Source: Thermoproteota archaeon (GTDB lineage Archaea > Thermoproteota > Thermoprotei > Gearchaeales > Gearchaeaceae). Taken from it: 32,000 bases of DNA. The notes under the pieces were generated by a model. That model had not been told where the DNA came from. It made no database searches and saw only the letters and a list, made by a program, of their open reading frames with translations. Numbering within the stretch: position 1 is the first letter of the stretch; every line of letters starts with the position of its first letter. Position numbers and translations under genes: made by a program. The DNA lies in the NCBI GenBank assembly GCA_032249055.1, contig JAVVGP010000001.1, positions 167-32,166 of the forward strand, given 5' to 3'. Below are positions 18,182 through 27,942 of the stretch, piece after piece.

Positions 18182-18206
18182 ACTATTTTTGTTATTCAAT
18201 TTAAAA

Positions 18207-19166
18207 ATGAGCGCTCCTAGAAGAGGTTCAATGGGTTTTTATCCAAGAGTAAGAGCAAGAAGTATTCGTGTTACTATTATATCTTGGCCTGAAGTATCTT
18301 TAACTACACCTAAGTTATTAGGTTTCGTAGGATATAAAGCTTTTATGTGTAGTGCTTTGCTGCTTGATTCTTATGAAAAATCTCCTACTTATGGTAAAGA
18401 AGTAGTAAAAGCTTGTACTGTATTGGAAGTTCCTCCTTTATTTATAGCAGGAATAAAATTATATGGAATTAATAATGGCAGATTAGTCAATTTAACTACA
18501 ATTTTTGCTGAAAAAATTCCTGAAAAAATTTCTAAATATTATAGCTTTAAGAACAAAAAACTTATAGATATTGATTCTTTTAAAAATCAAATAGCAGAAA
18601 TAAGAGTAATAGCATGTACTCAACCTTACTTAACAACGATAGGTAAGAAAAAACCTGAAATATTTGAAATAAAGGTAGGGGGAGAACCTCTAAAAGCTTT
18701 AGAGTATGCCCAAAGTATATTAGGAAAAGAATTAAGAATAGAAGATGTATTTAGCGAAGGAGAATACGTAGATGTAATAGGAGTAACAAAGGGTAAAGGC
18801 TTTCAAGGAGTGGTTAAAAGATTTGGTGTCAAAATCTTACCAAGGTGGCACAAACATAGAAAAGGTTATAGAAAAGTTGGTTCAATTGGACCGATAAAAC
18901 CTACTCTTATGAGATTTGTACCTAGACCGGGTCAGATGGGCTTTCATAGACGAACGATATATAATAACAAAATAATTATGATAGGCAAAGATCCTTCAAT
19001 TATTAATAAAAAAGGAGGAATTCCTCACTATGGTATAATCAAAAATCCATTTATATTATTATTAGGATCTGTTATGGGACCGCCTAAAAGAGTAATATTT
19101 TTAAGGTCTCCTATTAGACCTCCAAAACATCCTAGAAGTTATAAATTAATTCAAATAATAAAATGA
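18207..19166 (+). CDS. rpl3: 50S ribosomal protein L3 (uL3)
   Basis: MSAPRRGSMGFYPR... matches the usual archaeal L3 N-terminus, and GKGFQGVVKR.G is present. I prefer the ATG at 18207 over the TTG at 18189 in the ORF track. Confidence 0.93.
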   Translation: MSAPRRGSMGFYPRVRARSIRVTIISWPEVSLTTPKLLGFVGYKAFMCSALLLDSYEKSPTYGKEVVKACTVLEVPPLFIAGIKLYGINNGRLVNLTTIFAEKIPEKISKYYSFKNKKLIDIDSFKNQIAEIRVIACTQPYLTTIGKKKPEIFEIKVGGEPLKALEYAQSILGKELRIEDVFSEGEYVDVIGVTKGKGFQGVVKRFGVKILPRWHKHRKGYRKVGSIGPIKPTLMRFVPRPGQMGFHRRTIYNNKIIMIGKDPSIINKKGGIPHYGIIKNPFILLLGSVMGPPKRVIFLRSPIRPPKHPRSYKLIQIIK

Positions 19167-19978
19167 ACAAATTTATTCCTATTCCTTTAATCGGGCTTGA
19201 AGGAAAAGAAATAGCTAAATTAAACTTTATTCCTATACCTTTTTTAACAGAATATAGATATGATTTAATTAAAAGAGCTGTTCTCACCGAACTTCAAAAT
19301 ATGAAACAACCTAAAGGTGTTGATCCTTTGGCAGGTAAAAAAACTACAGCTGAAAGTTGGGGGGTAGGTTATGGTATTGCAAGAGTACCCAGAGTAAAAG
19401 GTTCAGGATATCCAAGGGCAGCTCAAGGAGCTTTTGCTCCTATGACTCGAGGAGGCTATAATCCTACAGCACCAAAATCTAATAAAGTAATTAAAGTTAA
19501 AATTAACAAAAAAGAAAAAAGGAAAGCTTTATTTAGTGCTATAGCTTGTACTGCTAATTTAAATCTAGTACTAAAACGTGGTCATAAAATATCTAATCCC
19601 GAACTTAAATTACCAATAGTAATTGGAGAGGAAGTCACAAAAATAAATAAGACTAAAGACGTTGAAGAATTTCTAAAAAGATTAGGTATTTATGATGATA
19701 TTATGAGAGTTAAAGATAACATTAAAATAAGAGCAGGTAAAGGTAAAAGAAGAGGAAGAAGATATAAAGAAAGAAAAGGACCTTTATTGGTAGTTTTAGG
19801 TGAAGAACCAATAAAAAAAGCTTTTAAAAATTTACCAGGTGTAGATGTTTATGATGTAAGAAATTTACCAATACATGCATTAGCTCCTGGTTGCTTGCCT
19901 GGAAGGCTTACTATTTGGACAATAAATTCATATAAATATTTAGCTGAAAAATTTGGTTATATTGGTGAATTGACATGA
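19163..19978 (+). CDS. rpl4: 50S ribosomal protein L4 (uL4)
   Basis: 271 aa. Archaeal L4 pattern ([22 protein letters not shown]) and operon position. ATGA overlap. Confidence 0.93.
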   Translation: MNKFIPIPLIGLEGKEIAKLNFIPIPFLTEYRYDLIKRAVLTELQNMKQPKGVDPLAGKKTTAESWGVGYGIARVPRVKGSGYPRAAQGAFAPMTRGGYNPTAPKSNKVIKVKINKKEKRKALFSAIACTANLNLVLKRGHKISNPELKLPIVIGEEVTKINKTKDVEEFLKRLGIYDDIMRVKDNIKIRAGKGKRRGRRYKERKGPLLVVLGEEPIKKAFKNLPGVDVYDVRNLPIHALAPGCLPGRLTIWTINSYKYLAEKFGYIGELT

Positions 19979-20232
19979 GTTCTAAAATTATACATAGGTT
20001 TATAGTGACAGAAAAAGCGTTGAAACTAGCTGAATTTGAAAATAAATTAACTTTAATTGTAGATATTAATTCAAATAAAAGAGAAATCAAGAAAGCTATT
20101 GAAAACTTATATAATGTAAAGGTAGAAAAAGTAAACGTTTTGATAACTCCGAAGTATGAAAAAAAAGCTATAGTAAAATTATCAAAGGAATTTTCTGCTC
20201 TAGAATTATACTCAAAATTGGGGTTAATATAA
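19975..20232 (+). CDS. rpl23: 50S ribosomal protein L23 (uL23)
   Basis: 85 aa. TEKA...E..N.L...VD....K.EIK.A.E.LY.VKV..VN pattern. ATGA overlap. Confidence 0.92.
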   Translation: MSSKIIHRFIVTEKALKLAEFENKLTLIVDINSNKREIKKAIENLYNVKVEKVNVLITPKYEKKAIVKLSKEFSALELYSKLGLI

Positions 20233-20233
20233 T

Positions 20234-20965
20234 ATGGGTAAGAGATTAAGGCAGCAAAGAGCTGGGCGTGGTTCACCTACATTTATAGCGCCTACTTGGA
20301 GAAGGATAGCTCCTATAAAATATCCTTCATGGTTATATGAGCTAATTGAGAATTCCGAACAACCTATAAAAGGTATAGTAAAGGAAATAGTTTCAGAAAG
20401 TGGAAGGGAAGCACCTCTAGCTTTAATCTCCTTAGCCGATGGCAAAGAATTTTATACAATTGCTGCTGAAGGAATATTTGAGAAAAGTGAATGTCTTATA
20501 GGCAAAAACGTTCCTGTCAAAGTTGGTAACATAACGCAAATAGGTTCTCTTCCTGAAGGAACTTTAATTTTTAATATAGAAAGAAGACCTGCTGATGGAG
20601 GAAAATTTGTAAGAGTTGCTGGATCTTATGCAACAGTATTTTCTCAAACTATAGATGGAACAATTGTAAGCTTACCTTCAGGTAAATTAATAAAGCTTGA
20701 TAAAAAGTGTTTAGCTACTATTGGAGTGATTGCAGGAGGAGGAAAAATTGAAAAACCTTTATTAAAAGCTGGTAAGAAATATCATATTTCTAAAGCAAAA
20801 TCATTTAAATGGCCTACTGTGAGGGGTAAAGCTATGTATGCTGCCTCTCATCCTCACGGGGGTGGAGCTCATCCTAAAGGAGGAAGACCTGTTAAAAAGA
20901 CATCTCCTCCAGGTAAAAAAGTAGGTTATTATGGTTCTAGAAGGACTGGAAGAAGAAAAGGATAA
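20234..20965 (+). CDS. rpl2: 50S ribosomal protein L2 (uL2)
   Basis: 243 aa. RGKAMYAASHPHGGG and GG.P motifs. Confidence 0.96.
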   Translation: MGKRLRQQRAGRGSPTFIAPTWRRIAPIKYPSWLYELIENSEQPIKGIVKEIVSESGREAPLALISLADGKEFYTIAAEGIFEKSECLIGKNVPVKVGNITQIGSLPEGTLIFNIERRPADGGKFVRVAGSYATVFSQTIDGTIVSLPSGKLIKLDKKCLATIGVIAGGGKIEKPLLKAGKKYHISKAKSFKWPTVRGKAMYAASHPHGGGAHPKGGRPVKKTSPPGKKVGYYGSRRTGRRKG

Positions 20966-20977
20966 TTTTATATTTAT
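20966..20977 (+). promoter_or_regulatory. Candidate internal TATA box placing the S19 mRNA start at its ATG (leaderless)
   Basis: TTTTATATTTAT lies immediately after the L2 stop. The core is centred about 29 nt upstream of the ATG at 20999. Confidence 0.3.
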
Positions 20978-20998
20978 GCCTCACTAAAATAATTTAAT

Positions 20999-21394
20999 AT
21001 GCCAAGAGAATTTACCTATCGCGGTTATACACTAGATCAATTAAAATCATTACCTATGGATGAGTTTATAAATTTACTAAATGCAAGGGAAAGAAGAAGT
21101 ATAAAAAGAGGATTGCTAAAGAAACATAAAGCACTCATAGAAAAAATTAGGAAAGCTAAAGAAGGAAAGTATAATAAACCAATTAGAACACATGCAAGAG
21201 ATATGATTATTTTACCTGAAATGGTTGGACTAACAATTCATGTTTATAATGGCAAGGAATTTGTTCCTGTTGAAATTACTCCTGAAATGATAGGTCACAG
21301 GTTAGGAGAGTTTTCAATAACCACGAAGAAAGTTATACATGGTGAACCAGGTTTAAGAGCTACAAGAGGTTCCATGTATGTTCCATTGAAATAA
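20999..21394 (+). CDS. rps19: 30S ribosomal protein S19 (uS19)
   Basis: 131 aa. [22 protein letters not shown] motif. Confidence 0.95.
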   Translation: MPREFTYRGYTLDQLKSLPMDEFINLLNARERRSIKRGLLKKHKALIEKIRKAKEGKYNKPIRTHARDMIILPEMVGLTIHVYNGKEFVPVEITPEMIGHRLGEFSITTKKVIHGEPGLRATRGSMYVPLK

Positions 21395-21855
21395 TGCCAG
21401 AATTTGGTTATTCAATTAAAGGTCTCGATCCTGATAAGTCTGTATTAGCAAGTGGAAGAGATCTAAATATTTCATTTAAAGAAGCTGTTGAAGTTTGTAG
21501 ATATATAAAAGGTAGAAAACTTGACGAAGCCAAAAAAATTCTTGAAGAGGTAATTGAAGGTAAAAGAGCAATACCTTATAAAAGGTTTAACAAAAAAGTA
21601 CCACATCATAAATATGATAATACTAGTGGTCCTGCAAGATATCCTATAAAAGTTTCTAAGCATCTCTTAAAAATTCTTGAATCTCTTGAAGCTAATGCTG
21701 AATTTAAAGGTCTTGATACTTCCAAGATTAAAATTATTCATTGTGCTGCTCAGAAAGGTATGAAAATAAAAAAGTATATTCCTAGAGCATTTGGACGTTC
21801 TTCACCTTATTTTAAAGAACTTGTTCATATCGAAGTTGCCGGTATAGAGGAATAA
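21394..21855 (+). CDS. rpl22: 50S ribosomal protein L22 (uL22)
   Basis: 153 aa. Archaeal L22 pattern (A.GRDL.ISFK.AVE.CR.I.G..L..A) and position. 1-nt TAATG overlap. Confidence 0.93.
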   Translation: MPEFGYSIKGLDPDKSVLASGRDLNISFKEAVEVCRYIKGRKLDEAKKILEEVIEGKRAIPYKRFNKKVPHHKYDNTSGPARYPIKVSKHLLKILESLEANAEFKGLDTSKIKIIHCAAQKGMKIKKYIPRAFGRSSPYFKELVHIEVAGIEE

Positions 21856-21856
21856 C

Positions 21857-22498
21857 ATGGTAAACTTAGCAAAACAATTTCTTCAAATTAATGAATTATA
21901 TGCTAGAATAAAAGAATACATTTTCGAAAAATTAAAAGAGGCGGGTGTAGATAATGTCGATATACAACAATTCGCTGCAGGAATAAGAATAATTATCGAC
22001 GTTGAAAAACCAAAACTTGCATTAGGTCCTCATGGATTGAAAATAAAAGAAATTGAAGAAGAATTAAAATTAAAGTTTAACATTAAAAACGTCGAAATAT
22101 TCATAAACGAAGTAAAAGAGCCTGCTTTAAGCGCCTCTATTATGGCTAATAGACTAGCTAGTTTAATTGAAAGAGGCATACATTTTAGAAGAGCTGCTAA
22201 TCTAATACTTAAACAAATAATGGATGCAGGAGCTAAAGGTGCTGAAATAGAAATAAGTGGAAAACTTGACAGTGATAGAGCAAGAACTGAAAGATTTAGG
22301 TTTGGCTTTATGCCAAAATCTGGTGAACCTTATGAAAAATACGTTAAAAAAGCTAAAACTTCCATTCTTTTAAAGCCAGGTGTATATGGAATATCTGTTA
22401 AAATATTTCCTCCTATAGAATATTGGGATGAAATACCTAAATTAGTAGATAAAATAAAAGCTTTTGAGATGGGTACAAATGAAAGCAAAGGAACTTAG
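21857..22498 (+). CDS. rps3: 30S ribosomal protein S3 (uS3)
   Basis: 213 aa. KH-domain region and the GAKGAEIEISGKL motif. Confidence 0.95.
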   Translation: MVNLAKQFLQINELYARIKEYIFEKLKEAGVDNVDIQQFAAGIRIIIDVEKPKLALGPHGLKIKEIEEELKLKFNIKNVEIFINEVKEPALSASIMANRLASLIERGIHFRRAANLILKQIMDAGAKGAEIEISGKLDSDRARTERFRFGFMPKSGEPYEKYVKKAKTSILLKPGVYGISVKIFPPIEYWDEIPKLVDKIKAFEMGTNESKGT

Positions 22499-22691
22499 AA
22501 AATTATCTAAAGAAGAAAGACTGAAAAGATTAGAAGAATTAAGACTCGAATTAATAAAAAATAGAGGATTATTTGAAGCAGGAAAACCGCCTAAAAATGT
22601 TAAACTCCTTAAAAATATAAGAAAAGAGATTGCTAGAATTTTAACTATAAATAGGGAAGAGGAACGTAAAAATGAAGCTAAGAAAAGATAA
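22479..22691 (+). CDS. rpl29: 50S ribosomal protein L29 (uL29)
   Basis: MKAKELRKLSKEERLKRLEELRLEL... is the typical L29 start. I prefer the ATG at 22479 over the TTG at 22464 in the ORF track. Overlaps the S3 3' end by 20 nt. Confidence 0.9.
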   Translation: MKAKELRKLSKEERLKRLEELRLELIKNRGLFEAGKPPKNVKLLKNIRKEIARILTINREEERKNEAKKR

Positions 22692-22935
22692 TATAATTTA
22701 TCATGAATTATTGGGTTTGTTTGTTGAATGTTATGATAAAAAATATAAAAAAGTAGGCGAAGGTATGATTATCGATGAAACTAAGGAAACTATAAAAGTA
22801 TTAACAAAAGATAATAAAATAAAAAAGTATTTAAAAAGATGTTTTAATTTTTCGTTTTTAATAAATGGTGATAAAGTAATGGTTAAAGGAGAAGATCTTT
22901 TAGGAAAACCTGAAGATAGAATAAAAAAACTATGA
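22672..22935 (+). CDS. rnp1: Ribonuclease P protein component 1 (Rpp29/Pop4 homolog)
   Basis: 87 aa. HELLGL.V.....K....G.G.IIDETKETI.V....K.KKY.K....F....G..V.V.G..L.G.PEDR pattern, at the canonical L29-S17 position. Confidence 0.78.
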   Translation: MKLRKDNIIYHELLGLFVECYDKKYKKVGEGMIIDETKETIKVLTKDNKIKKYLKRCFNFSFLINGDKVMVKGEDLLGKPEDRIKKL

Positions 22936-23258
22936 GGAAAAAAAGAATAATTTTTGGTATAGAGCCCCCAGAAATTGAGTGTAATGATAAAGCATGTCCT
23001 TTTCATGGCGAAATTAGTGTTAGAGGCAGAATTGACGAAGGAACAGTTTTAAAAGTAAAAATGAATAAAACGGCTGTTGTTGTTAAAGAAAGGTTGGTTT
23101 GGATTAGAAAATATCAAAGATATGAAAGAAGAAGAAGTAAATATCATGTTCATATACCAGATTGTATTAAAGTGAAAGAAAATGACAGAGTAATTATAGG
23201 TGAAACAAGACCTATATCTAAGACTGTTTCATCTGTTATTTTAAAAGTAATAAAATAA
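22932..23258 (+). CDS. rps17: 30S ribosomal protein S17 (uS17)
   Basis: 108 aa. CPFHG..S.RGR, KY.RYE.R.SK...H and GETRP.SKT motifs. Confidence 0.94.
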   Translation: MRKKRIIFGIEPPEIECNDKACPFHGEISVRGRIDEGTVLKVKMNKTAVVVKERLVWIRKYQRYERRRSKYHVHIPDCIKVKENDRVIIGETRPISKTVSSVILKVIK

Positions 23259-23308
23259 GTAAAATTAATAAGTGAAAATCATGCAAATAATTCATATTGG
23301 TGTGAAAT

Positions 23309-23734
23309 ATGGTTAAAAGAGGAGGAAAAGTTTCAGCTGCAATAATTAGACCTAGACTTAGTGCAGGTATATTTAATTATACTATAGTAAAATGTGCAGA
23401 TAATAGCGGTGTATTAATGGGGAGAGTAATTAATGTATTTGGTATTAAAACCAGAAGAAGAAGAGTTCCTGGAGCATCTGTAGGAGACATGGTAAAGATT
23501 TCCGTAACTAAAGGAAAACCAGAATTAGTAGGACAATTAATGAATGCTGTTGTTATTAGACAAAGAAAACCTTATAGAAGAATGGATGGAACATGGATAG
23601 CATTTGAAGATAATGCTGTAATAATTCTTACGCCTGAAGGAGATGTTAAAGGAACGGAAATTATTGGCCCTGTTGCCAAAGAGGCTGTTGAACGCTGGCC
23701 AAAAATAGCTAGTATTGCTTCAATTATAATATGA
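23309..23734 (+). CDS. rpl14: 50S ribosomal protein L14 (uL14)
   Basis: 141 aa. CADNSG, GD.V..SV.KG.P and FEDNA.V motifs. GGTG Shine-Dalgarno-like element at 23299-23302. Confidence 0.95.
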   Translation: MVKRGGKVSAAIIRPRLSAGIFNYTIVKCADNSGVLMGRVINVFGIKTRRRRVPGASVGDMVKISVTKGKPELVGQLMNAVVIRQRKPYRRMDGTWIAFEDNAVIILTPEGDVKGTEIIGPVAKEAVERWPKIASIASIII

Positions 23735-24087
23735 CATCTTCTCAGCCAAAAAAGCAAAGAAGGTTAATTTATAAAAAGTTTACTAATAAAGACTATGGAA
23801 AACTATTATCAGCTCATTTATCTAAAGAATTAAGACAAAAATATAAAAGGAGATCTTTACGTGTCCGTGTAAATGATATTGTAAGAGTAATGAGAGGGAC
23901 ATATAAAGGGTTTGAAGGTAAAGTAGTTAAAGTTAATCCTAAAAAAGGCTATGTATACATTGAAGGTCTTACAAGGAAAAATATTCGTGGAAGACCTGTT
24001 ATGATACCTATTCATGCTTCAAAAGTAATGATAGTAAAGTTATATTTAGACGATAAATATCGTGCTGAAAAGTTAAAAGCAGTGTAG
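23731..24087 (+). CDS. rpl24: 50S ribosomal protein L24 (uL24)
   Basis: 118 aa. KOW motif (V.VMRG..KG.EGKV..V) and position. ATGA overlap. Confidence 0.93.
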   Translation: MTSSQPKKQRRLIYKKFTNKDYGKLLSAHLSKELRQKYKRRSLRVRVNDIVRVMRGTYKGFEGKVVKVNPKKGYVYIEGLTRKNIRGRPVMIPIHASKVMIVKLYLDDKYRAEKLKAV

Positions 24088-24088
24088 C

Positions 24089-24847
24089 ATGACACATATA
24101 AAAAGATTAGCAGCTCCTGATTTTTGGCCTATTCTTAAAAAACAATATAAATGGACAATTTCCCCTTCACCAGGACCTCATAAAAAAACTGAATGCATAC
24201 CGTTAGGAATAATTATCAGAGATATATTTGGTTATGCTTCGAATTTAAAAGAAGTAAAGTATATTTTAAGTCAAGGTTATGTTAAAAGAGATAAAATAGT
24301 AGTAAAGGATTATAAATTCCCTGTAGGTTTAATGGATACGCTGGAATTTGTTAAGGATCCTTTCGCTTACAGATTGTTACCATATAAAGGCTACCCGTTG
24401 GTTGTTACTAAAATTCCTTTAGAAGAATCTTCTTTAAAAATTTGCAGAATAGAGAACAAAGTTGCTGTTAAAGGAAATAAATTACAAGTGAATTTAAATG
24501 ATGGGAGAAATTTTTTAATAGAAAAAACCGAATCTGCCAATTTTAAAACTTATGATAGTGTTTTATTAGAGCTTCCTGAACAGAAAATTAAAGAAACAAT
24601 TAAGCTACAAGAAGGAGTTTTATGCTTAATTACAGGAGGAGTAAATGCAGGTTATTATGGCTATCTAAAGAAAATTATTGAATTGATGCCTAGGAGAAAA
24701 TCGATTGTAGAATTAGAATCTTATGATGGGAAAATAATTCGAACCAGTCTTAAATATATTATGCCAATAGGATACGATAAACCTTTAATAAAGATTGCAG
24801 AAAAAGAAGAAGATATAGTTAAACCTGCCATTTATTATTACACATGA
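24089..24847 (+). CDS. rps4e: 30S ribosomal protein S4e (eS4)
   Basis: 252 aa. MTHIKRLAAP..WPI.KK...W...PSPGPH start, which is archaea/eukaryote specific. Confidence 0.94.
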   Translation: MTHIKRLAAPDFWPILKKQYKWTISPSPGPHKKTECIPLGIIIRDIFGYASNLKEVKYILSQGYVKRDKIVVKDYKFPVGLMDTLEFVKDPFAYRLLPYKGYPLVVTKIPLEESSLKICRIENKVAVKGNKLQVNLNDGRNFLIEKTESANFKTYDSVLLELPEQKIKETIKLQEGVLCLITGGVNAGYYGYLKKIIELMPRRKSIVELESYDGKIIRTSLKYIMPIGYDKPLIKIAEKEEDIVKPAIYYYT

Positions 24848-25392
24848 GCGAAACACAAACTTTAGAAATTAAGGAAGAAAGTAAAATAAATCCAATGACT
24901 AAAGTAAGATTGCGTTCAGTTACATTAAATATTTGTGTAGGGTCTAATGAAGAAAAGCTTAAAAAAGCGATGATCGTGTTAGAGACATTAACTGGACAAA
25001 AACCTTCTATAAGAAGAGCTAAAAAAACAATTAAGGAATTTAAAATTAAACGGGGAGAACCTATAGCTTGTATTACAACAGTAAGAGGTAAAAAAGCTGA
25101 AATTTTGCTTGATAAATTATTAGAGGCTGTAAATAGAAAACTAAAAGCATCTTCGTTTACCGAGTTTGGAAACTTCAGCTTTGGAATAAAGGAACATATA
25201 AGCATACCTGGTATGAAATATGATCCTTCAATAGGTATTGTAGGTATGGATGTTTGTGTTAATTTAGAAAAACCTGGTTATAGAGTTATGTATAGAAAAA
25301 GAAGAAGAAATGAGATAGGAAAAAATCATAGAGTTAAAAAAGATGAGGCAATTCAATTTATTAAGGAAAAATTTAATGTAGTAATAGAATAA
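24844..25392 (+). CDS. rpl5: 50S ribosomal protein L5 (uL5)
   Basis: 182 aa. NPM....I.KV.LN..VG and FG.KEHI..PG.KYDP..GI.GMDV motifs. Confidence 0.95.
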   Translation: MSETQTLEIKEESKINPMTKVRLRSVTLNICVGSNEEKLKKAMIVLETLTGQKPSIRRAKKTIKEFKIKRGEPIACITTVRGKKAEILLDKLLEAVNRKLKASSFTEFGNFSFGIKEHISIPGMKYDPSIGIVGMDVCVNLEKPGYRVMYRKRRRNEIGKNHRVKKDEAIQFIKEKFNVVIE

Positions 25393-25553
25393 TGGGCAAA
25401 CCAACACCTAAAGAAAGAAAGTTCGGCAAAGCTGTTTCTAAGTGTAAGCGTTGTGGTACTACGAGAGGCGTAATAAAAAAGTATAATTTATATTATTGTA
25501 GAAGATGTTTTAGAGAAATTGCTCCTTTGATCGGATTTAAAAAATATGAATAA
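25392..25553 (+). CDS. rps14: 30S ribosomal protein S14 (uS14, zinc-ribbon short type); absent from the supplied ORF track
   Basis: My own translation: MGKPTPKERKFGKAVSKCKRCGTTRGVIKKYNLYYCRRCFREIAPLIGFKKYE (53 aa). CxxC...CxxC motif, canonical L5-S8 position, TAATG overlap with L5. Confidence 0.92.
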   Translation: MGKPTPKERKFGKAVSKCKRCGTTRGVIKKYNLYYCRRCFREIAPLIGFKKYE

Positions 25554-25556
25554 AGG

Positions 25557-25564
25557 TTTATATG
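25557..25564 (+). promoter_or_regulatory. Candidate internal TATA box placing the S8 mRNA start near its ATG
   Basis: TTTATATG centred about 30 nt upstream of the ATG at 25591, in the 37-nt S14-S8 gap. Confidence 0.3.
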
Positions 25565-25590
25565 TTGCTTTTTTAAAATAATAAGTTATC

Positions 25591-25974
25591 ATGAGGCTCC
25601 TTGCTAATATGATAACTTCAATTAAAAATGCAGAGATGAGGAATAAAAAAGAATGCCTAGTTTATCCTTCATCAAAACTTTTGATTGAGGTGTTAAAAAC
25701 AATTCAACGTCATAGATATATTGGAGAATTTGAAGTAATAGATGATGGAAGAGGTTCTAAGATTAGAATACAATTGCTTGGAAGAATAAATAATTGCGGT
25801 ATAATAAAACCTAGACTAGGATATAGTTACAGAGAATTTGTTAAGTTAGAGAGTAAATATTTGCCTAGCAGAGATATTGGAATAATTATAGTAACTACGA
25901 GCCAAGGTGTTATGACAACAAAAGAAGCTTTTGAAAAAAGAATAGGAGGAATAGCTTTAGCTTATGTCTATTAA
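25591..25974 (+). CDS. rps8: 30S ribosomal protein S8 (uS8)
   Basis: 127 aa. L.NM...I.NAE.R pattern at the N-terminus and GG..LAYVY at the C-terminus. Confidence 0.94.
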   Translation: MRLLANMITSIKNAEMRNKKECLVYPSSKLLIEVLKTIQRHRYIGEFEVIDDGRGSKIRIQLLGRINNCGIIKPRLGYSYREFVKLESKYLPSRDIGIIIVTTSQGVMTTKEAFEKRIGGIALAYVY

Positions 25975-26533
25975 TCAAATAATTTTTAGGGAAGAATTAA
26001 CTATACCTGAAGGTGTAAATGTAGATATCGATGATAATTATATAATAAAAATACGGGGTCCAAAAGGTGAAATTGTAAAAGACTTTAGTCCAAAAAAGCT
26101 AAACATCTCTAAAAATAAATATAAAATTTATAAAGAAAATAACAAAATTATAATAGAAGTTTATATTAAAGGTAGAAGAGGTAAAGCTTTATTATATACT
26201 TTATTATCAAAAATAAGAAATTCAATTAAGGGAGTAATTGAAGGATATGTATATAAGCTTAAAATTGTTTATATACACTTTCCTATAAGTGTTAAAGTTA
26301 AAGGAGACACCGTTTACATTGAAAACTTTATTGGTGAAAGAGCGCCAAGAATAGCAAAAATTATAGGCAAATATACACAGGTAAAAGTTGAAGGAGAGGA
26401 TATAATAGTAAGTGGAATAGATAAAGACGAAGTAAGTCAAACAGCTTTTAATATTCAATTAGCAACAAAAATTAAAGATAAGGATCCTAGAAAGTTCTTG
26501 GATGGAATTTATGTTTATTATAGAGGAAAATGA
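25964..26533 (+). CDS. rpl6: 50S ribosomal protein L6 (uL6)
   Basis: 189 aa. Two-repeat L6 pattern (YAHFPI-like YIHFPISV, NF.GE. .PR.A) and position. 11-nt overlap with S8. Confidence 0.93.
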   Translation: MSINQIIFREELTIPEGVNVDIDDNYIIKIRGPKGEIVKDFSPKKLNISKNKYKIYKENNKIIIEVYIKGRRGKALLYTLLSKIRNSIKGVIEGYVYKLKIVYIHFPISVKVKGDTVYIENFIGERAPRIAKIIGKYTQVKVEGEDIIVSGIDKDEVSQTAFNIQLATKIKDKDPRKFLDGIYVYYRGK

Positions 26534-26913
26534 AGGACATAGATAAAGCTTTAAAAATTAGAGAAAAACAAAAAAGAAAGTTACCAGATTTTGTAAGAGC
26601 AGATTCATGGAAGGTTAAAAGACTTGAAGATTCAGGTTGGAGAAGACCTAAAGGTTTAGATACTAAAATGCGTTTAAAGAGGAAAGGATGGCCTCCTCTT
26701 GTAAATATAGGATATAGAAAGATTAAAAAGGCAAGATATTTGCATCCTTCCGGCTTAATTGAAGTCCTTGTTCATAATGCTAAGGAAGTAGAAAAATTAG
26801 ATAAAAATAAACATATAATAAGAATAGCTGCCTCTGTAGGCAAAAAGAAAAGATTACAAATATTAGAGATTGCCAATAAGCTTGGTATAAAAGTAGCAAA
26901 TCCGGTGGTTTAA
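26530..26913 (+). CDS. rpl32e: 50S ribosomal protein L32e (eL32)
   Basis: 127 aa. WRRPKG.D.KMR....G.P..V.IGY and HPSG motifs. Confidence 0.92.
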   Translation: MKDIDKALKIREKQKRKLPDFVRADSWKVKRLEDSGWRRPKGLDTKMRLKRKGWPPLVNIGYRKIKKARYLHPSGLIEVLVHNAKEVEKLDKNKHIIRIAASVGKKKRLQILEIANKLGIKVANPVV

Positions 26914-26914
26914 A

Positions 26915-27358
26915 ATGAGCTTAGATTATGTAAAAGAATTAGCTGCTAAAGTAAAAGGCGTAGGTAAAAGTAGAATATACATAGATCCTGAATATTATGA
27001 TAAATTATCAACAGTAATTTCACGTGAAGAAGTAAAAAAATTAATTGAAGATGGCATAATAAAAATCAAACCTAAAAAAGGAATTAGTAAAGGAAGGTTT
27101 AGAAAAAAATTAAAGCAAAAGAGAAAAGGATTACGAAAAGGGCCAGGAAGTATAAAAGGAAAAAAGATCAAAATTAAGAAAAAGGAATATGTAAAAAGAA
27201 TAAGAGGTCTTAGAAAATACTTAAGGAATCTATACGATAAAGGACTTATCGATAATAAATTATATCAAAAGTTAAGGAAATATGTAAAAGCTGGAGTACT
27301 AACATCGCGAGCAAAAATTAGAGCATATATTGAAAGTTATAAAAGTAGTCAGACTTAA
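26915..27358 (+). CDS. rpl19e: 50S ribosomal protein L19e (eL19)
   Basis: 147 aa. Lys/Arg-rich, LAAKV.GVG.SRI.IDP start, canonical position. Confidence 0.92.
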   Translation: MSLDYVKELAAKVKGVGKSRIYIDPEYYDKLSTVISREEVKKLIEDGIIKIKPKKGISKGRFRKKLKQKRKGLRKGPGSIKGKKIKIKKKEYVKRIRGLRKYLRNLYDKGLIDNKLYQKLRKYVKAGVLTSRAKIRAYIESYKSSQT

Positions 27359-27359
27359 A

Positions 27360-27941
27360 ATGTCTAAGAAAATATTAAAATTTAAACGTAGAAGGAAAGG
27401 TTTAACAAACTATTATAAGCGAAAAGTATTTGTAATTTCTGGAAAAACGAGGTTAGTTGTAAGAAAATCTAATAAATACATTACTGTTCAATTTATCAAG
27501 CCTGCTATTAAAGGAGATATATGTTTGGCAGGAATTAATTCAATAATTTTAAAGAAATTCGGATGGCCTTATAGTTGTAAAAACTTGCCTGCATGCTATT
27601 TAATTGGATATATAGCTGGTAAAATTGCTCTTCAAAAGAAAATAGAAAATGTAGCATTGGACATAGGCTTGCATTCTGCTACTAAAGGTTCAAGAATTTT
27701 TGCTGTAGTTAAAGGAATTTTAGATGCAGGACTAAAAGTTCCTGTGGATCCAGAAATGCTTCCCTCTGAAGAACGTATAAAAGGTTATCATATAATCAAA
27801 TATGCTAAACTTTTAAAAGAAACAAACGAAGAAAATTACAAAAAACGTTTTTCTTATTATATTTCACAAAATATTTTACCTGAAAATATGGAAGAATATT
27901 TTAATAAAACATTTTCATTAATTAAAGAGAGGTTTGGATAA
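27360..27941 (+). CDS. rpl18: 50S ribosomal protein L18 (uL18)
   Basis: RLVVRKSNKYITVQ motif. I prefer the ATG at 27360 (just after the L19e stop) over the TTG at 27330 in the ORF track. Confidence 0.9.
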   Translation: MSKKILKFKRRRKGLTNYYKRKVFVISGKTRLVVRKSNKYITVQFIKPAIKGDICLAGINSIILKKFGWPYSCKNLPACYLIGYIAGKIALQKKIENVALDIGLHSATKGSRIFAVVKGILDAGLKVPVDPEMLPSEERIKGYHIIKYAKLLKETNEENYKKRFSYYISQNILPENMEEYFNKTFSLIKERFG

Positions 27942-27942
27942 A

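Noticed and set aside
18189-18206. Upstream TTG-initiated N-terminal extensions from the ORF track for L3 (18189), L29 (22464), L18 (27330), S5 (27934) and rpoA'' (11810).
   Set aside because: In each case an in-frame ATG 9-30 nt downstream yields the N-terminus typical of the family and sits at or just after the upstream gene's stop. The extensions add non-conserved residues.
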